The translations under genes and the position numbers were made by a program. 64,000 nucleotides of DNA from Phoronis australis (taxonomy: Eukaryota; Animalia; Phoronida). How positions within the stretch are numbered: the stretch's first letter is position 1; each line of letters starts with the position of its first letter. The notes beneath the pieces were generated by a model. That model did not search any database, was not told the origin of the DNA, and saw only the letters and a list, made by a program, of their open reading frames with translations. Location of the stretch: NCBI GenBank assembly GCA_002633005.1, contig NMRA01000680.1, positions 135,913 to 199,912 on the forward strand, given 5' to 3'. This document shows positions 41,501-53,500 of this stretch, piece after piece.

Positions 41501-44500
41501 TCATATCGTATGTCTTCAGTGAACACTGGGCAGTGCTTTCCAAACCCTGAGAATTCCTTACTTTGACAGTCCAATATAGTGGAATGCCGTGTTCCATCAC
41601 CATCGGGATGACCACTGATGCTCCACCCATATCGGTCCAAGAAAGAATGTTTGTGCCGCCGACATGAGTGCCAATAGCAAATCGCCTTTTAACGTCGCTA
41701 GTTTTATCAGATGCACTGACTTCTAACATGAAGGCGGGGTCTGTAGGTTCCCGGTTAGTCATTTGTGTTACTGTGCACCCGCGAATCTCTGGCGGTGCTG
41801 GGCACTTTTTTACCCGAGATTTGTCGAGAATAACTCTGTTGATGCTGGGGCAGGACAGGTCGAAGATTGTAATAGAAAACCTCGTTTTAAAGATGAAAAA
41901 GTTGAGCTCTAGATACGCAGACAGAACCAATCGAATGGGAATTAGCTCCAGGTGTATTTGAAAGCTGAAAATACACGAATACGTAATCTCACTTAAAGAC
42001 TTTTTCTCCGAAAGTTCGTGTAGTCGTGTAGCTGTGGGGTTGTTGTAACAGTTTCTTATTTCTGCTTAACTAAGATACAAATATTTACCATGCAAATGAA
42101 TCAATATGTTAAGTGTAAGGTACAAATAGTTTATCATCACTAGCCACGGTCTAGAATGTAGTTTATTGTAAACTACATGTATTTTGAAGCAGTAAGAGCT
42201 CACCGTGTATCGAGAGGAAACTTGTCGTATTTGAGAGTAACCGTAACTGGGAATTTTACAGTTAGAAGGTAACCAGTCAGTTCCATCCCTGCTTCTGCAA
42301 TTATGATATTCAGGCTCACACGTCCCCACACTTTGGCTCCAACGGAAGGAGTGACCATACCCTGTGATTGAAATTGGTAGAACCTTAGGTTATTCAACCA
42401 CCACGTGTAGCAAGAACTAAATGACAATGCCGCTTTAACTTCATCTACGCTAAACTAAAGTGAAATTGTATTCATCTACAGATTGTAAATGTGAAAACAA
42501 ACAATCTGTGTCAGAATAAATATTGATTATATAATTACTGGACTTAGTTACATTGAAGTTGCCCAAAATTTGTACATATGTAACTTAAAAATCATGGGGT
42601 CAAACATATTTCTGGATACTTTTTGTGTAAACATGTGTTTAAAACCATGGGGACAAACGTCTTTACACCTACTTTGGAAGTTTACACGTTTACGTGCTCA
42701 CATAGCCCCCATAATGCAGTGTTATTGCCCAGGACCACGTCACGATACTAAATATTGTTCAGATCGTTTTCGTCACAAAAATCGTTCCTAAAAACCTTTG
42801 GCAATTCTCAACCTACTTCATATTATTCACAGCATCGCTATATGTTGTCTTTCTAATTCGACCAATACATTAATTGCAGAGATACACTGTAAGGAATTAG
42901 CCTGCAAGTTCCATTTCAAAACAATCGTTTATTAGGCATCCCGAAGCATCCCAGGTCATCAAACACCACCTTCTAGTTACGGGTAGACGATCAAACTGTG
43001 TACGCATGTTTTTACTTACGTGTGCGGTGTTACTTGCAAAACACGCTTTTAACTCGGCTGAAATACCCAGGACACCGCCAGCTCCAAATGCTTGAGAAAA
43101 CATAACGGCAAATCATGATACAACGTTTGGATACACCTTGTGACAAATGCTTGCTTTAAGCGGAGGGACATATAAGGTTCCGTGTATTTTTTGGCAGAAA
43201 TATTTAGTTTTCTAACCTTAAATTTCACATATTTTCTATTAAGTTATATCTCTTTACAAAACATATGTGTAGGCCAAAAACAATTGGAGGCAGGAACAGA
43301 GAGGTAGAGAGGGAAGGGAAGGAGCGAAGGGAAGTGGAGGAGGGAGGACGGAGAGAATGCTCTACATGTACATTGACAGATGTTACAAAACGCTGTGGGT
43401 CATTAACAGACCGCCCTATGAACTGTTCATGCGACCTTCGCAAATTGGGAGAATTTACAATTTAAAAACGCTACTTTTAAAAAATGCCCTTATGGTTGCC
43501 CACTGAACCCATGTAGTATGAAATTATTTTCATTTAACTGAACCAGTTAAAAGAGCCACGTGACAGTCTCTTAAAACAAAACATCGATAAATATGATGAC
43601 GTAAATTGCAGTAGGCTACTAGAAATGACGCCACCAGAAACAATTTCGATAACATAGAATGTGGTTATTGTAAACGGGCTACGAAAACGGGACAAGTCAT
43701 GAACAGGGTCGTACAATTTTAGAACCAGTTTGATGCCTATAAATCAGTAGAGATAAACCCGTCTAGTTCTCAAGCTGTAGGATCCTCTAAGTGACTACAA
43801 AATAGGTTTCTACGTGTAGCTGTGCCCGCGTAACAAAATGGTAGTGTTCAAAATTAACTGTACAAACTTTAACAGACTGTCAAACTAAGATAAACAACCG
43901 CTCAAAATTAATTCGAAGTTTAGTCCAATTTGTGTCGTCACAAAATGGCGTTGAAACAGATTTTAGATAATGTGCGCACCCAGTGGAGGCTCTGGGGGGG
44001 GGGGCTCAAACGTGCCCCCATTTTGCAAAGTGGGCAAAAAGTTCCGTCTCAATTAAACAAAAAGTCCGGTGTGCGTATGTTAGATGTACATTTAGTCGCA
44101 GTTTTGTGCGCCAAAATGTGGCAAATGTTGTCGTTGACCTGTTTATTTGGAAAACTACTGAAATACTTATCTGCAGACAGGTTACACGTATGCATTTTTG
44201 CCAGTGAGGATTATTCAAGATCGACAGAAACGATCTTGTCATAGACAGATGACAACTTACCAAATTTCAGTCCAACTGGTCCCAGCCAGAAAGTAAATGA
44301 CGGTTCGTTCTTAAAAAAACTCAAATCCTTTTCTCGTGAAAAATCAAGAGCTGTCATACAGAAATCTTCTGTTGCAGGAAATGCGTCCGATAAATTTTTT
44401 CTAAAAACATCAGGATTGGACATCAGCTGCAAAAATAAAGATTGGTTAATTATGAATCTAGAAAAGTACCCCAGACCTCCTGCTGTTTATATTTCTTTTC

Positions 44501-47500
44501 CACAGGAAAGTAGGTCGCAAGCAAGTCGCGGGGGTATCCATTGTTCACTTTGTTTTTTCTTTCTTAAAGTAAAAATAATGGCAATCAAAAATGATTTTTC
44601 GGTAACGGGCTGCTGTTCGGTACTATATCCATGCGACGTGTATTGTTATATCCATCAAAACATAGAAAAACAATGGAAGTGTCCTATAGGCGATAACCAT
44701 GCGACGTGTTCCCTGAATTCGATGTTCCCAAACCTTAAGTCAACTTTACAACTCTTATTTATTGGGAGCGTTTATGTTGGGGTATGAACCCATGACACTT
44801 TTCAAGGAAGAGGAAGTGAGAGACAACCGTGGGGCACTTTTCAATGAACAAGGGGGAGCCAATTGCAAACTTGAAATGAGTTTCAACCAGGGAAGGCCCC
44901 GCTGTCCTTACCTAAGTAAGCTGAAGAAAGATGGGAGACAATTTAATCTTGACATGTCTTCCTGACAAAAACACAACAGGGCGATAAACTGATATTTAGT
45001 CTAAAAAGGCCATCGTCATGACGTCCCAAAATTTCGAATGAGCTCCATGGTTGAATTATTAGCCGAGTTACAATTACATTCTAGAAAAAGGCGGTTTTCT
45101 TAATGAAACAATGTAGCAGTACAGCAAAAACACACAAACTCTTCTTGGCGACGATAAAACTGTTGATGCAATTGACAAAAAACTTTGCTCCTGTCGGGAT
45201 CATGCCGACTAAATTATAACGGAGCAAGGCAACATCGAGTCCAAGAGGTATCAGCACGACGGAACACCTGCGCATTAAAACAGTACCATCATTTGTCATT
45301 TTCGTTCTCTTCACCGCAGGTATCCTCATCAACATCATTATCCATTATGCTCATAATCAAGCTTATCACCAGTATCTTCCATGACTTCCATGTTGTTTTT
45401 GACATCATCATCACCATAACCGTCATTACCGTTATGTTTCGCCAACAGTCACTATCCAGAGTGCTTCCATTCTTGCTCAGATTAGAAGGTGAGTCAAGGC
45501 AATGTTTGCCTGGCACATTGGAATTGATAAACGTCTATGCGCTATGAAATATTTACAGTTTTTTTCAAAATAGAACAAAAACGTTCAAAGCTGTGTGAGC
45601 TAAGATAAAATGGGGGAAGTTCTCCTAAAGGACACTTTTCTCGGGCAATATTTGCACTTCAGTCATCTTTTTAAAATATCAACTGTCTCATAATTTCGCC
45701 CAGAACACTGGGACAAGTGCAGCTCTTTATAAGGAGTTGCCCTTCAAGGTTCCAAACCGGCGAGGCAAATATGTAAGAAGCTGGATTTCCTGGCATATAT
45801 TTCATCTCAGCAATAGGTAAAGCATATTTCGTACGTATACTCACTGCTTCTAGAGTATCGGCTCTTAAATCGTTTAACAAATCCAATAATGATTTTCTGT
45901 CACCCACGCCTGCTTCTAGGACGTTGTAGGCAAAATCTTCCAAATTCATGTTCAGCACTTGTTGTGATGCCCAGTCTGCTTTGGGGCCTACAAAACAATA
46001 ATTAAAATTCAACTGTTCGCTATAGCAAGTACAGCTGTACTTACATGTATCTGCTTTATCTAACATTTGGCAACGATTTAACTTCATAATCGTCATTTGT
46101 GTTATTTTATATTTCAAATTAGCTGAAGTCAAGTGTACAATTCATGTATATTTTCCTTAGATCACAATGGTAAAGACATCTATTATAGTTATAATTCATA
46201 AAAGAACTTTTGCACTGTCTTACATGTCTGCCTGTTCCCAAAGTTCATTGGACAAGATTAGTATTATATCTAGAGGCCGGGTCGCTGCCGAGTGATTCAG
46301 GTCTCACCTCCCTGACCAAACTCAAAGCACGTCAGTCAATGATCAAATGCCACATCCCTGTAGCGTTTCGGAGCGTACCGCAAAAAATCTCGATTTGGTT
46401 ATGTATCGTGTACGGTCTCAGCAATTTCTCGTTTTCAAAAAGTCGTGACATTTCGAAAGGCTTTTCCCTTCACAATAGGAACGAGCAGTCTAGTTTTCCC
46501 TTCCATAAAAACGCACTCTCATATTTCCAGATTGATAGATATCGCAGCAGTTAACAGTTTGGTGTTGGTTATTTTGTGTTAACACCGTTGGTCTTAACAT
46601 TATGTATCAATTCATAATTGAAGAAAAAATTATCCCTTAAAAGTTAATGGGTGACCTGATGCGACGGACAATTTTTCAACTAGATTAGTGTAAATATATT
46701 ATTACCACTACACTACCACAACACTTTCTCTACACTACCGCTGCCAATGTCACTGTCACCACCACCGCTGCCGCCACCACCACTACAACTAAAATCACAA
46801 TGGCGTACTGTAGATACTTATTGTTTTCATTTTTGTGACACTCTTGGACTTACCAGATACACAATAAGAACTGGTCTGCTTCGGAAAACGAATTCTGTCG
46901 AAGATCCTATGTACCTTAGCGCATGTAGGATAGTAAAGTGAACAAAGCTGGACATGAAGGGAAACGACGATGTCTTCCATATTCAGTATTTCTATGGCAC
47001 CTCGAGCTGTCATGTCACCAAAACCGCCAACAGGGAAGTCGAACTCTGATATGTGCACAAGAGCTATTGAAAGACAAACATTGTTTCATACACAGCAAAT
47101 TCTGTTGATGTTTTTATTTTTACGCATAAAGATTAGTACAACTAAAGTAAATGTAAGCTATAGTGACACAAATATAGCAAGTGATGTAAATAAGATGTTG
47201 TATAAATATTGCACTGTCTCTGTACACTTGTTGCATACCATCGTAAAACTCTGAATTTCTAATGAATTGCACCTCTTTGTATCAAAACTCAGTTTAACAC
47301 TTTAAGTAATCTTTTACTAAACAGCTATGAGAGGAAAGGAAAAGTTGCAGAGTTGGGCTTTCTCTGTCAGGCATCTAATCAACGGCGGTTACTTCAGAGC
47401 CCATTTGTGTCAAATTTCATTAGCTTGCATACACATGAATATTTTCAAGGACTAAGTACAAAAGGCGAGTAGAGTCAACATTGGTGACAAACACAACACA

Positions 47501-50500
47501 TAAAAGACCCAGCAGTGCATCGATGACCCTCAAGTACTCTATGCATGCAGCTGTTGGACACCTCTTTACTACCAAGGTCTGACGTTGATTACCAATCGAT
47601 ATGAGACGTAGCACTCGATGATTTAAACAAGAATCCTTGCAAGTCAATAGTTACCAGGTTTGCTATGTAAGAGATGATTACATGGGCGGCGCATCACTGA
47701 AAAAGTGGAGGCTAAAGCCCCGCCACCCTATGTGGTGCACCGCCCATAGACTGTATTGGTATAAGCACTGCGTGCGTTGATAACCGTTAGTAGATACGTA
47801 CATGTATCTGACTCCAATGATTGAACGTCTGTTCGCAGATCAGTAGACAGTGAGGAAGTTGTAGTTCATGATTGATTCGCACGAATCAAGACAGGGCTAC
47901 GTTGTTAACCATAATTTATAAAGAAATCTTAAATATTGAACGTTTACATTGACAGCTAACACATTATAATAGGTCATTTAAATTCTGAATGTGTGTTGTG
48001 ATGGCATGTGATGTTTTGCGAAAGACGAAAACGTGAATTTTCCAATGACATACAACTTGACATGATTAAATGAACAAACTATATAGACACATACTGTTAC
48101 ATTGACTTGTAGACTTTTAAAGTTTAGTTCTGAATTTAGTTATGTTTCGCCTGTATAACAGCAAGGAGTTGTTATGGCTGTTTCAAAAAAACCTTAGCGC
48201 ATGCATGCACCCAGCCTAAAATATAGGGGGGCTCGAATTACTCGTTATGTGGACCTTTTACTGAACAAAATCTACGTGGATTAAAAATTTTAAAAAAGGA
48301 TCACAAGGTTCAGGCCTACGAATTTTGCATCTCCGCCGATTTCCTGTGTCCTTTGTGGACTTTTGTGTTGTTTCTCTCGGACTTTTACACCGAGGCGGAC
48401 CTTTTTGCCCTATTCGCCAAACTGGCTCCTTCGAGCCCCCCCGAGACCCCCCCTCCTAGGTGCGCCCATGTAGGTGTCAATATTCCTGTGATTCCTTCAC
48501 CAATAGCCCTTTCACGGCAATATACAAGGTAATACATGTATACGTATGGATAACTTGCTACCTACAGTACATGTATTGGGCAAAACAATAGCCAAGCAGA
48601 AGTCCGTGAGACGGACACAACGTCGCTAACTCAAGTACGTAAATTCCAGTATTTACCCCAATTTTTCTTTACTGTTGTAATTTGAAATTATTCCACTCAC
48701 GAATATGACCTGTTAAAGATAAAATTGTGAGTATTGCGGAATCTTAGTCAATGAATAGACACTATCAAACACTCAATTTGGCCTTCGTTCTCGTTAACAA
48801 CCAGACGTAATCTTTTGATCCACATCAAATTGCTCTTCTCTTCAAGTATCACCTAATAACTACACTTGGCTTACCTCCTGTTTAGTAAGACTTAGTTCTA
48901 AAACCCGATGTAGCGATAATATTAAAACGCCAAAAGGCACCCAAGAACAAAACGCAGCAGCAACAGTTTTCAATTTAAATGTGTTATTTAAAATAAACAA
49001 TAATACTCAAATGTTTAGTCAATTTAGTGAAACGACGATTGTTTTACGGTATTTGGCAAATTTGACGAACACCTTTGAGAACAAACGACCCTTCAAATAT
49101 GCACCTGTTTTTTATGTGCGTGTTTATTCCTTCAAGAACAAAATATTTCGTTTTAAATAATGTAACAATGTAAACGGAAATATACGATTGTTCTCTGTCC
49201 TTATGTTCTATTTAAGCAAATATCGCAATTGACAAAACATACGCTAGCAAACGTTCAGTCTCGCAAACGTAGGTTACTTAAAACTTAATTTCGACCTGCT
49301 GATCTTGAAAATTGAACTACGGTTTCATGTCATACCAGTACGAACATGTACAACCTCAACAAACCAAAAATGCGTTGGAAAATGGTTGCTTTATTGGTGT
49401 TGGTTATAAATGAAATTCACAAGATGATAATCTGTGAATTTTATTAAAAATAGATCGTCAATCCACACAGCAATGACCATGGGATTGATTGGGCGGCGCA
49501 GCACTGAAAAAATGGGGCTATAGCCCACTCAGCCCCCTGTGGTGCACTCTCCAAAGACCATGGGCGGCGCAGCACTGCAAAAAGTGTCGGGTTATAGCCC
49601 CCCAGACACCTACGGTGCACCGCGCATGATTGAGTGCATCAAGATGATAAACCTTGTTGTTCTAGTAACTGAGTCTTATCGATTAGCCAAAATGAAACTG
49701 TGACATTCTAAGCACAAATGTTGGGACCAAACAGAACTTACAGAGCAGGTTAAAACTCTGGACAGAGTCACCCAATGTCAGTTGAACCTTGTTAGCACAT
49801 GCGTTGTAGGTAATGTCAAGTTTCACCACCTTTTGAAAGTAGTTATATTGAAAGACTACTCCGCAGGTCAATCCAAGACAGTCGCTGCGAGGTTTACAGA
49901 AGGTCCCATCGTCAGTATTGATTCTGTTTGCAAACAGAGGGCATTCTGAAATTGACAACAATGCACCCACTGATCGCTTACTTTTCCGTTTTTGATGACA
50001 TGCAGTGAACATTGGTGCTACGAGATGTAAAGCTATTTAATGGATTTCATGCCAATTTTAGGCTTTGTGGTCGCGTGCTGCCACCACTGCAGTGGCCATT
50101 CTCGCACACTACAAGTACTGTACATATTAATGCAATCATCATTATGATCCAACTAGATCTTCTGACAGGAAATCTCAAAAACGAGAGTTGCATTAAAAAA
50201 TCGTTCAGCGCAAACAAGAAAATGTTAAGATAGTCTCGATAAATGAAATAGACTTTTGATTTACCAGGAAAAAGTTTAATGCAGAATGCAAGAGACCCAA
50301 TAGACCTTTATCATAAAAATGAAAGAAAGCAATTTCAGTCAGATATTGACAAAGTAATGACAAAGATTAGTGGTGAGGAGACATTTTCATATCCTGAGTG
50401 TAAACGAGAGCTTAAATGCACTTTTGTTTTTCATCACTAATGAATCTAACGCTAGTTTGAACTCGTGGAAACTACGTCTCACCGTTTGCCTTCAACGACA

Positions 50501-53500
50501 ACAACTGAAGAACCATCTGCTCAAATGAACCTCGAGGTTCAGTCTTCTTCGCTCGTAGCATACTTCGAAGTTTGCTTGGGCTGAACGTCATGGGGTGTTG
50601 GATGGGTTGGTCTTGAAGAGTTGCAGAGAATTCGGCCACTAAATCCATCAGTCTCATCTTCGTGTCAAGTTGACCTCCATCCTCTAAAATCTTGCTTATT
50701 TTGGCCAGCGTGAATTTGTTGACATTGAACGCGTCCAAAATATTTGGTGGGCGCCTAAAACACAACAGTTGTCGATCAAAATACAATTGCAAATCAGCAC
50801 TAAATTTACCGAAGTAGCTGATCAAACAGTGTAAGGCATATGACAATAACAAAGCATCATAACGAGAGATGGCGGAAGTACAAGTAAAATTAAATGGGTC
50901 AGACGTAAGAAACAGAAGCGCATACCGCTTACCTGTCATTTTTGGAGGACATGGCATTATCTTTAAAATTTTTAAGTTTTCCCATAGTTGTCAAAATTTC
51001 AACTGTGCTCTTTTTCTCCTCTTCAATTGTTTCTTCAAGATTTGTTTTCGCCTTTTTCATCAAATCTTCAACTCCATTTTTTGCCAATTTCTTGAAAGAC
51101 GAAATCTTCTTAGATACTTTAGATTTCAATTTTCCAGATATGGATTTGAAAAAGTTCGAAGTTTTAGGTTTTTTGGTGTTTTTACTACGACTTTTGTTTT
51201 TTCTCTGTTTCCAAGCTTTCTTTGCTTTCTTCAATAGCTTTTTGGGCAGGCCAAAGCGCTTTTTGGCAACCGTTTGTCCTATGAATTCGAAAGACAATTC
51301 GTTACAATGCTCCGTCCAGCGTGGGAAGGGAACCAGTCTTTCCACAAATGGAGTCGGGTCCACGTATTTGTAATCGTCGTCNTCTCTTTCTTGTGCTTCC
51401 ACTTCGCAGTCTTGGAAAGTTTTCGTGTGACAAGATGTATAAACTTCAGGTTGCATTCCGATTTCATGGAAAATCCGATCACCTCTCCTTCCCCAAGAGT
51501 CACTCCGTCGTTGGTGATATTTTCGTGTGGTAAAATATTTGAAATGATGATTTCGTATTTTTTGAAGTTTGCGTCTTCCGGATATATTACGACTTCATGG
51601 TTGTTTTTTCTTTTGACACAACCAACTACCGGACTAACAATCTGGAAATAAAATTGCAGCCTCAGAATTGCTACCAGAATAGTCACAGCTACCGCTAGGC
51701 GATAAGAAATGAATAGTGACAAAACGTTGTGTTGTGGCAATTATCTGATAAAGAACTGGGGCGTTGCAAACACCATAGCACGCAAAAGAGATGTTTACAT
51801 AGAAGTTGACAGTTCATGCTATTGTTCACTTGTTGACTATCACGCAGCAATGGCAACAGTTCCGATCTTAATTCCAGAATAGTCTAAAGTAGACCAAAAC
51901 TGATTTGGACATTCTACATTCATCTACACCGAAAAAGCACCGATGTAGAAACATTTCCATTAGTAAAATATTGTGAGTTTTTATTTTTAACTGTACGAAG
52001 GTGGTAGTCTGCCATTTAGGTTGGCAAATTCACAAATCGGTCTAAAGCAATGCTTTTGTCGTTGTGAATGTTTAAAAGTGCGACTGATGACAACCGACTG
52101 GCAGTCCGTCATTGTGTTTCTCGGAAGGCTTTCCAGCCTCTTCACAGAGGCAGAAGCTCCGTTTTGCGACACATGTTTAATCAATAATTATAGAAAGAAT
52201 CTTGGCGGCGATGTATAGTTTTACATGTGGATAAAAGTTGCCAGAGGCAAAAAGATTGTTAGAAGTGTTACAAGCTTGACTGGAAGTAACCCACGAACTG
52301 CCAATGATGCCTTCACAGCAAAACTCAAGCTCAGTCGGTATGGGAGAAGAAGGACCAACAATATAATCTCGCCTTTAAGGTTTGCAAATGAGCACTCATC
52401 TTGTAAGAAACAGCCTATACGTCAACGAAGATTAAATCAATGGTATGTTCTTAAATAGCGCAATTGTTCTTGCAAGTTTGCTGATCTTACTAAACTATGC
52501 AAGCGGACGTCGGAACGTGAATGTAATGTTACCACCTTTTTACCGTGTACTAGCAATGCATGACTGGAATGTTAAATAATGTAACTTCTTAATTTCCATG
52601 ATACAAGAAACGACTGCGGCGACCAAGAGATAGTGAAAAACAATCAACTCACCTTGCCGTCTCTTGGCGCCTCAACATCAATACCTTTAAGCCCGTTGAT
52701 TGATTTTGAACCAAATACGCCATCAGCGCATCTGTGGACGTCGGGGTCGACACGGCGTGTAGGAAACTGAGCATTGAACTTGGGTCCAAAGGCCTTTCGT
52801 ATTAGAGACCTGGTTTTATCAACCCTAAAAAAGACGTACCCGTGGCGGTGCGCTAACTGAGCAGTGTGAATTTACACAAAGTACATGTAATACTATGCAA
52901 ACTAAATTAAACCAAGTTGATATACAAGTATGTAATATGCCACTCATCGTACAAGAAAAGATCTAGATTTGATTATGCTGGGTTCTGACGACATGCTAAC
53001 ACTGCGTTCTATTGTTAAAAGAAGCCGTTAGCCAGATGTTACCGCATACTTACACAGTTTTCAATTCCATGTATGAATTCTTGATACTGCGGATTGCGTC
53101 AAAAACTGATGTGTAAGCCTCAACAAAGGGATCACCTAATTCAGCTAACTCGTCCAATGGGTTGAGTGTGTCTTTCAGTATCTGGAGAAACCTTGAGACA
53201 ATTTCTGCTTCTTGTTCTTCCTAAATAAAAGACCAATGCAACCACTATTATCACACAGCGTGATTCCTTTTGTGGCTTCCCCGTGATAAGTTCGATCTTC
53301 GTTTGGGATGAAATTAAAGAACGACCAGAATGCCTGAAATCGTTTTCGCATTATAACCCAGTTCTTATTCCCTGTTTTATATACACCCATATTTGGGATC
53401 ATTCAAACATAACAGTCAATGAAGACACAATCGATGATCGGATCGCATCCAGTCACAGGTTACGCCTAGCGAGTCACTTGTAGAGAATTTAAAACGTTCA

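Noticed and set aside
48875-48877. 3-nt microexon candidate (aaacAG|gag|GTAAGC) on the - strand
   Set aside because: In the phase-1 context it would create TGA; unsupported unless another exon precedes it.
50869-51651. + strand Phe/Leu-rich ORFs
   Set aside because: Antisense shadows of the Lys-rich coding exon.
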